NCBI GenBank assembly: GCA_001929475.1
Contig: LXFE01000157.1
Location: 62,001-126,000, forward strand
Length of the DNA stretch: 64,000 nucleotides
Direction of reading: 5' to 3'
Source of the DNA: Neolecta irregularis DAH-3
Lineage: Eukaryota
Shown: piece by piece, positions 1 through 12,389 of the stretch
Layout: the number at the start of each line of letters is the position of its first letter
Numbering within the stretch: position 1 is the stretch's first letter
Translations under genes and position numbers: made by a program
The notes under the pieces: generated by a model
What the model saw: only the letters and a program-made list of their open reading frames with translations
Databases searched by the model: none
Told to the model about the DNA's origin: nothing

Positions 1-1807
1 AGTCATTCTTGGTATCTTTTGTGCGGATTTTCTTGGCGCCTACAAATTGTACCATTTCAATTTTCTTAAAAGCCAGGGAAGAAATTTCATCGATTTGATC
101 TTGTACATTTATTGGAATTTCTTCAAGGTTCGAATGAGCTGGTTTAGTCTGAAGTTCAAGGAACTCTACGAATTCTTTTTGGCGAGAATGGAGGTCTGTG
201 CGAAGGGCATGGTATTTAGCCCAGTCCTAAAACAGTCAGTGGGTTAAAAAGAAGGGGAGGGGCCTTGTAAGTTACGTAATCGAGATATGGCCACTCTCTG
301 CCGATTTCCTCTTGCAGATTGATACGTATTTCGTCGAGCTGTTTGGTTACAGCGTGAATGTCATTAGAGATTCGTTGATGGAGGTGAGGAAAGATATTAT
401 TGGAGTATTCACTTGTAATCAGCGTGCAAAGATGTAAGAGTGTACCTGATTTGGATAGTTTTATCTTTGATGGATGCAATTGCATCAAGGGATAGGCTGT
501 CGAGCTGTTGCAGACGATGGTCCAAGTTTGTGTCCATGGCAGCTAACACAAGGATCTTTTTCTCGATGCTAGAGATTGTTGTATTGCACAATTCCTGTAA
601 TTGATGGAGATAATCATTGCACACACGACTTTCTTTTCGTTCTGCAGCTTGAAGGATATCGGTTATTTCCGCGACTAGTTTATCTTCAGCGGTGGTTGTA
701 GCTTTTGCGAGGACGGAGGCGGCAGTATTGATTGTTGAGTCTATGTGTTTGCGCTCTGCTTCTTTTTTAGCTTGGGTAGCAAGGGATTCAGAGTGGTCAG
801 CAAGGGGGTCGAAGTGGTCAGCAAGAGGTTCAGAGCGGTCAGCAAGAGGTTCAGAGTGGTCAGCAAGGGGGTCAGAGTATTGAGCAAATGATTCAGAGTG
901 TTGAGCAAAGGATTCATTTTCGGCTCTAGGGTGAGCATGTACGACGCAAAAACAAACCCATTGTTCACATTCTGCGAAAGCTGTCTGTCAGCTCTAAACT
1001 GGAAAACGCGATCATGAATTTTGTCCAGTTGGGGTTGTACATGCTGGTTCCAGAGCAGTCGCAGCTGCACAAACACGAGGGAATGGAGTTTTTCTCGACA
1101 AAAGGCAAGAGCTGTGGATATTTTTGGGTGCGCGTGGGCGAGGTATGTGTTTTTGGAGGCGACGGCAGCGGAACAGAGGCGCGGGGCGATGTGGTTGTAT
1201 GCGGGGACGAGGCGGACCCTGTAGACGGATGCGAGGCGGGCGGAGGAGCGGACGGCGAGAGGGGCCAAGCTGTGGCTGTAGAAGCGGTGTGCATGGGCGA
1301 CGTGGGCCTGGAGGTGTTTGGCGTAGAGCGTGCTGCAGGGGAGGACGAGGTGCCTGTCGAGGACGGGCTGGACTGCAGTGCGGTAGTCCTTGAGGGCCTG
1401 TTTCTGGGCGCGGAGGACGAGCGGGTGGACGCGGGCCCAGTAGGTGCTGTGGGCCGAGGCCGCGAGGGGCGCGTAGTGCCTGTGGGCAAAGTGGGCGCAG
1501 GGGCGCAGGCGATCGACGTAGCGGGCGGCGTATGCGTCGTAGAGGGGCAGCAGGCGGGGCCGCAGCAGGGCGTGCGAGTGGTCGAGGGCCCTGCACACGA
1601 GGGGCGCGGCTGGACCGGCAGGCCGCGCAGGGCACACCACAAGGGCGTGGTAGGCCGCATAGAGGGCAAACAGGCTGCGGTCAGGGCGGAGGCACGCGGG
1701 CAGGGGTGCATATACTTGAGGAGGAAGCGCAGCAGCGGGCGGCGCCGGCGGGCGGGGCGGGGGGCGGCGTCGGCGGGTGGCCTGCGGGGACGGGGCTTCT
1801 TGGCCAT
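1..1807 (-). CDS. She10/Osw7-like membrane-anchored coiled-coil protein (multi-exon, 3' end beyond window start)
   Basis: ATG at 1807 (MAKKPRPRR...LLRFLL), GT-AG intron, then hydrophobic LFALYAAYHALVVCP...PLVC and Y/A-rich helical region (ORF 741-1640). Further coiled-coil exons at 216-624. The architecture recalls She10-family proteins; family call from memory. Confidence 0.5.
778..912. repeat. 21-bp coding tandem repeat (~6 copies, AGCAAGAGGTTCAGAGTGGTC-like)
   Basis: Visible period-21 repeat; encodes SEPLADH-like heptads on the minus strand. Confidence 0.85.
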
Positions 1808-1811
1808 GGGC

Positions 1812-2005
1812 AGATGGAGGAGGGAGGTGGGAGGTGATGGATTGATGGAGGTGATGGATTGATGGAGGTGATGGATGGATGGATGGAGGATGAAGTGGAT
1901 GGAGGATGGAGGATGGAGGATGGAGGATGGAGGATGGAGGATGGAGGACAAAGTGTGGAGGATGGAGGTTGGAGATGGATGAAGTGGAGGAGGCAGATGG
2001 AGGAG
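1812..2005. repeat. Purine-rich microsatellite (GGAGGAT)n / (GGAT)n
   Basis: Run of GGAGGAT units (perfect array around 1901-1947) flanked by GATG/GGAT variants. Confidence 0.9.
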
Positions 2006-2052
2006 GGCGGGTGACGTGGCGACGTTAGCGCGTAGCCCGGAGGGTAACTATA

Positions 2053-2146
2053 GGGGCCGCGGCCATTCCAGGCGGGCATATACAGGGGCCGCGGCCATTC
2101 CAGACGGGCATATACAGGATCCGCGGCCGGTCCAGACGGGTATATA
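2053..2146. repeat. 32-bp minisatellite, 3 copies
   Basis: GGGGCCGCGGCCATTCCAG(G/A)CGGGCATATACA units at 2053, 2085 and 2117 (third copy degenerate). Confidence 0.85.
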
Positions 2147-2370
2147 TGGAAGCAGCAGCAGCAGGCGGGGCGGCCTCGGCGGGCGCTGCGCATGCAACGG
2201 GCACACCCCGCACCCCGGCGCGCGCGCGCGTCTCCACATGCCCGCTAGCGGGGCGAGTAGAAAAGGCGACTGGCAGCCCGCCAGGAACGAGGCAGCGCGA
2301 TCAACCCCAGCCTGCAGCACGCAGCAACCGCAGCAGCAATCGCAGCAACCGTCCCTCTGCGGCAGCGGCA

Positions 2371-2485
2371 ACACGCATCGCAGCCATCGCCCCGTCTGAA
2401 CACGCATCGCAGCAATCGGCCCGTCTGAACTCGCATCGCAGCAATCGGCCGTCTAAACACGCATCGCAGCCATCACCCCGTCCAA
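2371..2485. repeat. ~29-bp minisatellite, 4 copies
   Basis: AC(A/T)CGCATCGCAGC(A/C)ATCG..CCGTCTGA units at 2371, 2400, 2429 and 2457. Confidence 0.85.
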
Positions 2486-2517
2486 ACACCCGCCCGCAGC
2501 GCGAACCAGCCGCGCAC

Positions 2518-3194
2518 ATGGGCCCCGAAGACACCCCGCAATACGCCCTCGTTGTCCGCCAGCAGCCGCTCCAGGCCCGCATGTGCGGCTTTGGCGAAAA
2601 GGACCGCCGCCCCATCGACCCCCCGCCCATCGTCCAGCTGCTCGCCCCCGCTGCCCCCGCTGCCCCTGCTGCCCCCGCAGTCGCGCCCCTCCGCGACCCC
2701 TTCTTCGTCGTCCACTGCTCCCTCTGGTCCGACGACGGCTGCCACGACCGCAACCTCATCGTCTCAGACGCCGATCCCGCCCGCCCGCTGCCCGCTGCCC
2801 GCCTCACCCGCGTCCTCATGGGCTCCCTCGTCTCAAGCCCCTCCGTCCTCGAAGACCACACAGGCACAGAGGGCTGCTTCTTCTGCTTCTCAGACCTCAG
2901 CATCCGCACAGAAGGCCGCTACCGCCTCAAGTTCTCCCTCATGCGCCTCGGCGCCCAAGACTTTCTCCCAAACTCGAGAACAGCAATCATCGCAGAGGTC
3001 CTCACCGACCCCTTCATCGTCTACAGCGCAAAAAAGTTTCCAGGAATGACGGGTGCCCTTTGCTTGCCCTTGGCCTCTTTGACCAGTTAGAATCAACTGA
3101 ACTCACAAAAGCATTTGCACGGCAGGGCCTGCGGATACCCGTCCGCAACGACGTCAGACAGAAAAAAGACAAGAACAAGCTCGCAGACGACTAA
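2518..3194 (+). CDS. velC: Velvet-domain protein, VelC-like (2 exons)
   Basis: YALVVRQQP..ARMCGFGEKDRRPIDPPPIVQL, LMGSLVSSP, GCFFCFSDLSIRTEGRYRLKF. Intron ~3053-3090 joins VYSAKKFPGMT to ESTELTKAFARQGLRIPVRND. Velvet family is secure; the subfamily call is less certain. Confidence 0.88.
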
Positions 3195-3385
3195 TCTATC
3201 TTCTTTTATCTTGTTTTATTTATTGTTTTTTATCGCATCTTGTTCTTTGTTTCTTCTGGCATATCTTGTTCTGCTGGCTGTATATATCTACTGTTTCTTC
3301 GGATGGTAGTAGGGTCACTTGCACATAAATATAATAAAAAGTTTATATGACGTGGATTATATATCATTAGCAGATACCTTCATAT

Positions 3386-6300
3386 CTATATATCATTGCC
3401 CTCGGAAATTACACGGCTAGGTATATCTTCATCGTCAATGTTATGCAGCCGCTCGCCAACAAGCCAAATCTCCTCCCGAATCCCATCCGTCCATCGGTGC
3501 ATCAATCCTACAATCACCTGCGCAAAAAGTATCCCCATCAGTACCCCCAGCGCTATCGGATAGGAATACCGGTACACCTTGTCACTTGTAGCACCAGAGG
3601 CTCCCCGGACTATGAAAAAGATTAGCACATGACAACAGCCGGAGGGAAAATCTCTTACAAATAGTGTGATTTGCAATCCAGCCTATAGATAGCGGGACAA
3701 TCAGCGCGGTAATCATCGCCGCACCAAGTGGAATCACAAACCATCGATTAGCAGCTCCAACATCAGGATCAGTCCAGCCATTTTGTACAACCTACAATGT
3801 ACAATTAGTCCACAACACACGCCAGCTATCGTTACCTCTCGAAGTCTTCGTCCAGTCATTCGACCATCAGTTAATAACAGAATCCGAATCCCAAGCTTCA
3901 CATACACCACCCCTAAAATCCATGTATGCATCACTTGAATAGACGATTCAACATCGAGGTACGTCTGAACCGGAACAACCAAATAGAAATTGATGATAAA
4001 GGCCAATAGCACCGGAAACACAATAAAAGTAATAAACACCAAATAAAACACCTTCAACAGGCGGTATGAAGTAGCTTGCGCTTGACGAATGAGGTCGGTG
4101 GGATTAAACGGTCGTTGTTGAAACCCATTTTTATACTCGATTGCCTTTTTGAGAAATTGATTAGTATAGTCTGCTGCAATTATCGTTGTTCCAGCAGCGT
4201 AAAATCCACATAATACGGCATAAACATCAGATAACTGCGCTCGTAATCCAAACGCCCAGCGAAAGAAATACCGACCAAATAGAACTCGAGTCAGTAAAGT
4301 ATGCGGACAAAGGGAGGTACGAGGACCAACGGTGAAACTGAGGCTTGTAGCCGCAGTGAATAACCAGACGCAAAATACAAATGCGGTGATGCGACGGTAA
4401 AAGTTTGGAGGAGTGTAGACTACTTGAAAATCATTCTCATCGTAGCCTTCGTCTGATTGTCCGTCTAATCGGCGATTGTTCTCGTCTACCGGTAACAGCA
4501 TGCGGAACCCACGGTGTCTCATAAGCGCTATACTGTCCCTCTTGGGAACCCTCATAAACCCGCCATCCCGGACATAATACACATCCGCACTGTAGTCGAC
4601 TTCAGTAGTACTCGAAGTCTTTAATAAAATTCTAGCCTTTAAAGTTTTGCGAACATAGTGGCCCGTTTCTTGAGGAACGTGTTCATTAAACATGAACGAC
4701 GTGAGACGTAATTGACTACTGATAAATCTGAACCACCATCTCCATAAAGATTTAAGCATATTGCCCGGCCGGAAAAAGTGAACAGAGAGTGGAAGAGCCA
4801 TGTGATAAAATAACAAGTCGAGAGGTAAATCAAATACCGGGAATTCCCTGTTTTCAGTCAATATACTCTACAAGGGGGAACACAAACTTGTTTGCCCATT
4901 GCAGTGGAAACACTCCAGGAACAAAGAAGCGGATGAAATAGGTGAGTGAGCCAACGCAACTGGCCAGCAACACAGTATAAATAACTGCGCTGATTGCAAT
5001 TTTGCGAATATGGGTTATAAAAGGTCTTCGAACGATCTCTTGAATAGGATTGAATTCATGATTATTCGGATCTCGAATGAAATCTTTCAATGTTAGAAAA
5101 TCACGCCAGCAGGGAACAGTACAAAGCACTCCTGGACGGATGATTTCCCGAGACATGGACACAAATAGTGACAGATGAAACATGTAGAATGTCCCAACGA
5201 GCCAGTGCAGGAAAATAGAGGTTCCTGGAAATGTCAACGTCGCATACCATCGAGTCAACGGATCCATATTCTCGAAAAGAGGGAGAAAACACAGGTCGAG
5301 AATGATGCCGGAATACAAGGGAAACAGAAAGAGTTCAATCGACAAGACAATACAGATCTAGAATTAAAAAACCATTCAAAAGGCGAAAAAGAAACCTTTG
5401 CCAAGGATCCTGTCTGGTGCAAACCCTTTCTTAATGCACGTTCGACAGCTATACCCCCAGGCGATGATATAAACGGTCGTGTTCGCCGGAGATATAGTTG
5501 GGTAAGACCGATGAATAACAAGTAACCCATTCCGACCGAAAGAAGTTTATCCAACATGGTCATTTCCTTCATCACACTCAAGACAATTTGAAAGGTCATC
5601 TTTTGTCGGAGCGGGACCAGTTTGTTGATGATTGAAGGTTGCCAGAGGATTTTCGGCGTATCAAGGAATCGTCGAGCAAGTCGTTTCCACGAAGACGAAG
5701 CAAGATACATTGACCATTCTGAAAATCGAGTATTTGAAGAAACATTTGCAAGACTCTGCGAAAAGAGTCCTAGCGGAGTAATTGTCGTGCGTCCTGCATA
5801 ATCGAGTATACACAACACATTACTAAAACTAAGAACCGCAAGATCGAATGCAAAATCCCACACAAGCTTTGCAAAGATAAGTGGAATACTCAGTATGAAA
5901 ATCAAGGGATTTGCCTGAACTAGTTAATTTTATCTTTTCATTTAATAGGGGTGGGACTCACAAATAACAGCAAAAAAGTCTTTCCCCAAATGTATGGGAA
6001 GAAAACACATAGTCCGAGCATCGCAATCATCAAGATTGAAGCAAATATACTATTTTGAAATAATCCCAAGAAGGGACCTTGAAGTCCAATCAACCTGTAA
6101 GATTTTAGAAAAGAAAAGTGTGAAAAACGTACTCTAAAACACCATCGAATTCTTCCTCTTCAGGTTCTGGGAGTCGAACAGGCCCATCCGCATCGTTACC
6201 ATCAGCCTGTCGATTACGTAAATTATTGTTTCTCGCTGCATTTTCGATATCGGCCCATAAATCATTACGAATATTTCCGCCCCGTCCCGGAAGATGTCGA

Positions 6301-8210
6301 AGTGGATCTCGGTGAACAAAAGGGACTGGGGCGTTTCCGAGTTGTACAGGCTGGTTCGCTTGACCGTCTATTTGATTTGAAATAGGTCTTTCTTGATCGG
6401 CATTCGCCACAGGTGAGGATTGGGAGTCAGGTCGATGAATCGAGCTTGATGAACCCTCCAGATCTGGATGGTCTGAATTGGTTTCATCAGCATGGATAGG
6501 ATGATCATCGGCATGAAAAGCGATGCTCAAACCATGAGAATTATCTGTAGAAGCCCGTTGTTCTGTCGCAAGAGGCCCATCCTTTAAATAATCAAAGGAT
6601 GCTTTAGCGGTTCTGAGCGCCAACAAACGATCACTCTCTGTGTCTTGAGATTGATCTGGAAGAAAACTGCTTCTTTCAAAGTCTAGAAGGCGACTAGAAG
6701 ATTGTGTATTTTCTTCCGAGTTACCTTCTGATGATGCAGATAGACTTGTTCGATTTAGTTCGTCAACGGAAGGAACCATTCGGTTTCCAAGGGTTCTCGA
6801 AAAGTTTCGCAAAGAAGCATCGTTAGATTCGGTGAATGGTTGCTCAACGGCATCATCCGGACCAATCACGAGCCTTTCCTTTTCCTTTTCCTTGTCCTTT
6901 CCTTTGAAATCGGAAACCATGGGTCGCTTTTCGAGCACCCTGTCGAACTGGTAGACAGTCCGGTTTTCTCTTGGAGTAGAATCGATACTCGGTCTAGATG
7001 TTGAGATACCAGTATTACTTGTTTCAGTATCAATACGAGGCTTTGGCGTAGTAGATCTCAATATGTTGCTTTCCATCGCGAGGTACTGAGGACGCAAACC
7101 ATCCGGATTGCTGCTTCTCAAGAATCCCGCAAAAGGCCTATCATCACCTTGTGGTTCTTCATCGTCTTCATCAGTGGTCCAATCTCCTTCACTATCATGT
7201 TCTAAAGGCACATGAGGCGGTGGTGCTCTCTGGACAGCAACACGGGGTATAAGTTGCAGCTCGCGCTGTGCAGGAGGTACCCTTACTCTACCATGTTCAG
7301 GCTCAGGGTTTCGGAGTATTTCAGGTTGTCGAGCGTGTGGTTCCTCCAAAGGGCGTTCATCGAAAGCGTTAGGTACATGCTGTTCGATATATTCTCGCAA
7401 TAAAAAAATCATCATGAATATGCACAAGATTGATGCTGTCATTGCTTGACCTTCGAAACAATCAGCGAGAACATGGCTAGTAGTCAGTAAATATACATTT
7501 CAACTCTATACTTGATAGCCGGACTCGAAGTTAGATTTGATAAGATTCTTGGAGTATATAGTTCAAATAATCTTGAACCTCCCATAGTGGAGTCATTTGA
7601 CGGAACAAGAGTTGCGTTCAGTACAGAACTGGAAACATCTGTGCTTGAGGGCTGGTTTGTTGACCCGAATAAGAAGTCTGTAAGAAAGAATAGACCCCTC
7701 CAAGATACTCTAGTTGTCCAAGGGAGCCATAACAACCATACACAACCAACAACTGCGATTCGGAACCATAATGTCAAGTTTCTTTTGACACGCGCGAATA
7801 TTCGACTGGCAAGGATTGGTAATGGTAGATTGCCAGTAGGCATCTCAGACGAGAACACTGACAGTCAAACTGATAAGCTACTTTTTCCCTACCCTTGGTG
7901 AACTTGAACTGCGTCTTGCAGAGTTCGCATTGTTTCTTACCACTATGTTTGAACCATTCCTTGAGGCTATCAGGAGGTCAGATCAGATGAGCAGTTAGGA
8001 TATGACATACCAGCTTTCATGAACATGTTTTATCGAACCGGAACATTTGCTATTAAATCAGCCCATGTTTGATCAATAAGTGAACCAGGGATGAAAGAGA
8101 GGATCGTCCGCCGTGGCTTCGCTTCGACAGACACGGCAAAGCTCTTCCTCGGAATTCAATCCGCTGTTTAGATCTGCTGTTCTCATAGGCAAACTGAGTG
8201 GCTCTGCCAT
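3386..8210 (-). CDS. DOA10: ERAD E3 ubiquitin ligase Doa10/Ssm4 (MARCH6), multi-exon
   Basis: N-terminal RING-CH ([35 protein letters not shown]..CELCK), many TM segments, TD-domain motif REIIRPGVL..FIRDPN, C-terminal IREEIWLVGERLHN. Confidence 0.93.
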
Positions 8211-8339
8211 TGTCCAAGATTTAGTCTATGGCGAGTGGCAAGAGGTATAGCTGTTTTTCTCATCATGAGCCGCACGTGCAGTAAACTGTAAATTTGATCA
8301 AATGCGGCCCATTCATGTTCATCTCAAATAAAACAGCTC

Positions 8340-9389
8340 ATGGCGACGTATAGAAGTCAGTATATGTGCATTTCAAACTGGAATATTGACAATACAGTCA
8401 CTGTCAATGAGGCTATACACGGCAACGAGAACGAAATACCGAGCGAAAGAATGGTAATATTGAAGTGTCTATTCCATTTTCGAATGCAATCACCCGCTCC
8501 TTTCCTCCAGATGTAAAGCAGCATATTTCATATATCGATTACCCGACACCAAAGCCTAGAATGGTCACAAGAAGGCCGGGAGATGGACCCTCACCACCAA
8601 AGTCATGGACCTTTGTGCATCACAAGACACAGTTTCAAACCGTGGTTTTCTCACGGGACTGGAAAATAATAGTCGGAAGCTGCCCTCGCCATACTCACTA
8701 TCAGTGATGTCTGTTGCGAAACATTTTGATGACCTGCGCGAATATATGCAGCGCTATTGGATTTATTTAACGTGAATATTCGACTAGAAATAATGGCTCA
8801 TATGTCTCGACTCAGATTAGAAGGGATATCCCTAAATCTGTTGCATTTTTTCCTACCAGAGGACGCAAGCGATGATGGCCAAATCACTCACCTCGATTTA
8901 CCACGTTCGTTAATCGGGCTCTGTTCATCTGAGCAACTGCTAGATTTCCTCGAATCACATCCCCAAATCTCTTCAACTCCTGATTCTTGGATTGATATCA
9001 GCAGTAACTGTCTGAAAGGAGGAAGGTTTATCAATCTCATCTCTCACAAATATCACTCAGCATCTCTGCTCTGGGACAAACTACTTCCATGCTTTTGTAC
9101 TACATTGCCACGGTTGAGTCATCTTTCTTTGGTCAACTGGCCATCACATTCGATAGGGACTATCAAAAAGCTCAGCAAAAGTACATCTTCATTGAAATGG
9201 ATTGATATTTCGAGATATTTATGGTAAGAAGAGCTAATACTTTGGGCGTATTGGAGGTCCTCTTGGGGTGGAATGCAGACTGTTGTTGCCTATGACTCTG
9301 GTTTTGATGATGAAACAATCAAAAAACTTGAGAGGGAGTTACGGAGACATAGAGTAAGTATAGGTTGGGTACATTTGATTACAAAATAA
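8340..9389 (+). pseudogene. Probable pseudogene (or error-containing copy) of a conserved fungal LRR-like hypothetical protein
   Basis: Protein-like segments (GPSPPKSW; LPSPYSLSVMSVAKHF; ITHLDL; LPRLSHLSL; SLKWIDIS) lie in different frames. Apparent shifts near 8650 and 8757 and an in-frame TAA at 9225 followed by ~50 open codons. Confidence 0.45.
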
Positions 9390-10240
9390 AGACAATTTTT
9401 CTACATCTATCAAGACACTTTGTAACGCCAAATCCAAAATTCTACATCTCTTTACCAATTTAAATTATAACGCAGGGACAACAACACCTATACATTAGAT
9501 TTCTCTTAAACTGAACCATACCCACAACAACAAAATGCGAGTACTCCCAAAAATCTAAAACTAATTGGCCAAGTTCAGGCTTAAATCAGCTTACACTCCA
9601 GCGCATATTTCGCAGATACTTGGCTTTTTCGTTACTACTGGTGCCGGTGCTGGTATATTTTGAAGCGTGCCATATTTCTACAAGATATGAGATACTTTTA
9701 GATATCCAGACTGGTTACTAGCTGAGGATGCGGGTTATACTTTCCGGGTACTGAATTTATTAGTATGTCACAGAGGAATCATACATACAATATATGCTTC
9801 CGTTTTGATATGCGTAAATTGGTTGTGGTCCGTAGTACTGATGTGCCACAGAGGGAGGCTGGGGCTGAAGATAGACTTAGCAAATGCAAAACTTTAGAAT
9901 TGCGCACATATTTTGGAGATGTCATTGACCAAGACGGTGAGGCAAAAATGGGGGACCGATCTTGTTTTAGTAGCCGGAAAACTTGTGTGAAATAAGAGCT
10001 TTGTAAGACAAACTGAAACATTTTGGTACTACATCTGAATGAGACAGGACACGCCCCTTTTCGTTTCGTTAATGCAGGTCACCTAAGGCATACATCCCAG
10101 CTGAAGGTAAATAAAGTATTTAATAGTGATAGGGAATTATTCAATATACCAACCCAAACATTGAAATATTCAAAAAATGAAAATGAATCCGCTCCACCCG
10201 AAGAACGGACTCAACCATTCCCAAACCGAAACACCTGCTG

Positions 10241-11572
10241 CTATGATTTAAAAGGATTCCGATGAGGAGATCGTCCTTCCATTACTTCTTCGATAGTTTC
10301 CATAGTTTTCAACTCAAATAAGCCACGAAGATGCTTCTTTTCCGATCCAGTTTCCGTAGTTTTACTCCCTGAATGACCAAGCGAGACAGTCTTCGTTTTC
10401 AGTTTCTCTTTGAATGAGGAGAGTCGAACGACTTTCCTCTTTGGGGGTGGTCTTTCTCTTGAATTTGTTGAACTTCGAGATAATGAAGGCCGTTCGGAGC
10501 CAGATGGTGGCGACACCGTTGGAAATTCAGGTTGGAAGAGTGGTGATTTGGAGTGCGATAAGAGCAACGAAGCAGTTTGTTCTTCTTGCTTCTGTTTCAA
10601 TGCCAGTTGAGTTAGCTGATCATTGAGTAGTACATCGAGTGCAGATTTTTCTTGAGACACAGGGGCTTTCCATGAAGACCGACGAGATTGAAAAAAGGAA
10701 GACAAATTCGACGAAGTAGAAAAACAAGGGCGATTTTGTTGCAAGTACATGAGGTATCGGTACGTCAACGGCTGATCCGGATGAGCATGCCCAAGTCCAT
10801 AAACAGGAAGCTGAGGGGAGAAAAGGGGAAAAGGACTACTCAAAAACGGAAATTCTCCGGGCGGATCGACGTTTAGCGTTGGAGGTTTTGGTACTTGTTC
10901 ATGTCCCTTATTCATCCAGGACCTAGATAACCGATGAACTATAGATGGCAAATCTTCCTGAAAGACTTTACGAAGTTGTTGTTCGATTTCAGCCTGTAGA
11001 AATCGGCGAATAGCGACGATCGAGTCGAATGATGATGATACGCGCACTGATTCTACAGGATCGTTTCGAAAGGCCACGTTTACACTCTGACCTTTGGAGA
11101 AAACAAGAATAACGATACCTGAGAGACAGAAATCTGAAAGTCGCAAAAACATGGGGACAGTCAGCGGAATATCTGCGGCAAGGACGCCAGGTGATGTAAA
11201 AGATGGAGTATTCTTCATACTAGTAGATAGAGGATTCGCCTATTAATAAGTTTTCGATCAGACAACGGAATGCAAACTTGAATGCGTGTTTGAATGGTAA
11301 TATACGCATTTCCAGAATAATGAAACTTGAAGATTCCACGAAAGCGGTCATCAACGAGGTCTCCAATCTCTATGATTTTGAGTTCTGGGGGCTATCGCAT
11401 CAGTCTATTTTTGAGCATTATTTACCGTTGTGCCCATATTCAGTTCTTTCACCACAATCTTGTCGACTATATGAGGCGGCTTGTCTCGCTTATTAAGGGC
11501 GGCAGTAAGTAACTCTTCAGCCTGAGCCTTGAAAGACTCTGAAAACGTTGGCCAGTGTATCCTAAAAGCCAT
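10241..11572 (-). CDS. MDM34: ERMES subunit Mdm34 (SMP domain), multi-exon
   Basis: [74 protein letters not shown]. Confidence 0.93.
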
Positions 11573-12389
11573 GGTTGATATGCATACCAAAAGAAAAAGT
11601 GGCGGTCGTAACCTGAAACTGGCTATATCACCACCACCACTATGTAACTGCACTGCAAAACCAAATTAACCTCTTCCAGGATCTTCAATGCCCCGAATAA
11701 TGTACCGAAATTGCAAAAGTTGTATCAGACAAACACGTCTAAACCAATCTGGGCAAGAGTCTGTTTCTCCCTCAATCGCAAAAGTCTGACTGGTAGCATC
11801 CACGAAGCAAATATGTGTTATATCCATTCTATGCTCTTTTCGCCGTCGGTGTAATTGGTATCATACACCCCTAAATTAATACTGAAAAGGAATAGGATCT
11901 TTGCATGGTATAAGTAAAATGATGCGAGTAACACACCCCTTAGATATGGACCTGACTTTCTTTAGGGAGATAAAGGGCCCGGTTTATAAGGGGCAGATTT
12001 CTGGAAAAGCATAGGTCGATGATGAGAACTTCGATTTCTGGGGAGAAGTGGAATGGTGATGTGTATCGTGAGTGAGAAGATATATTTTGAATTACATATG
12101 CTTCATTAAATGAGTATAAGCTAGGAAATGCTTTTATCCATTACCTGAAAGAAATTACTTGACATGGTATTTGGTAAGGATAGGATAAGGTATGTAGGAT
12201 GTGAGTGGATTCATGTAGATTCACCGTCTAGCATTATAATGTGAACTGATTCATGTATATTTCATGATGAGCATGTTCACGTACATTCACCGTTTAGCAT
12301 TTTATACCGTGTATCTGACAAATCATCAGACAACCGATTTTTCAATTCCACCACTTTACAAGTTCACCTTTCAACTTTCAACTTTTTCA

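Noticed and set aside
2053..2485. CRISPR-like array of ~30-bp repeats
   Set aside because: Units are directly tandem with no unique spacers, the context is eukaryotic and there are no cas genes
1100..3050. Horizontal transfer or contamination explaining the GC-rich block
   Set aside because: The genes are fungal with spliceosomal introns, and GC changes gradually within single genes
965..3096. Many long overlapping ORFs in all frames
   Set aside because: Shadow ORFs caused by high GC and microsatellites; only the She10-like and velvet frames show protein motifs
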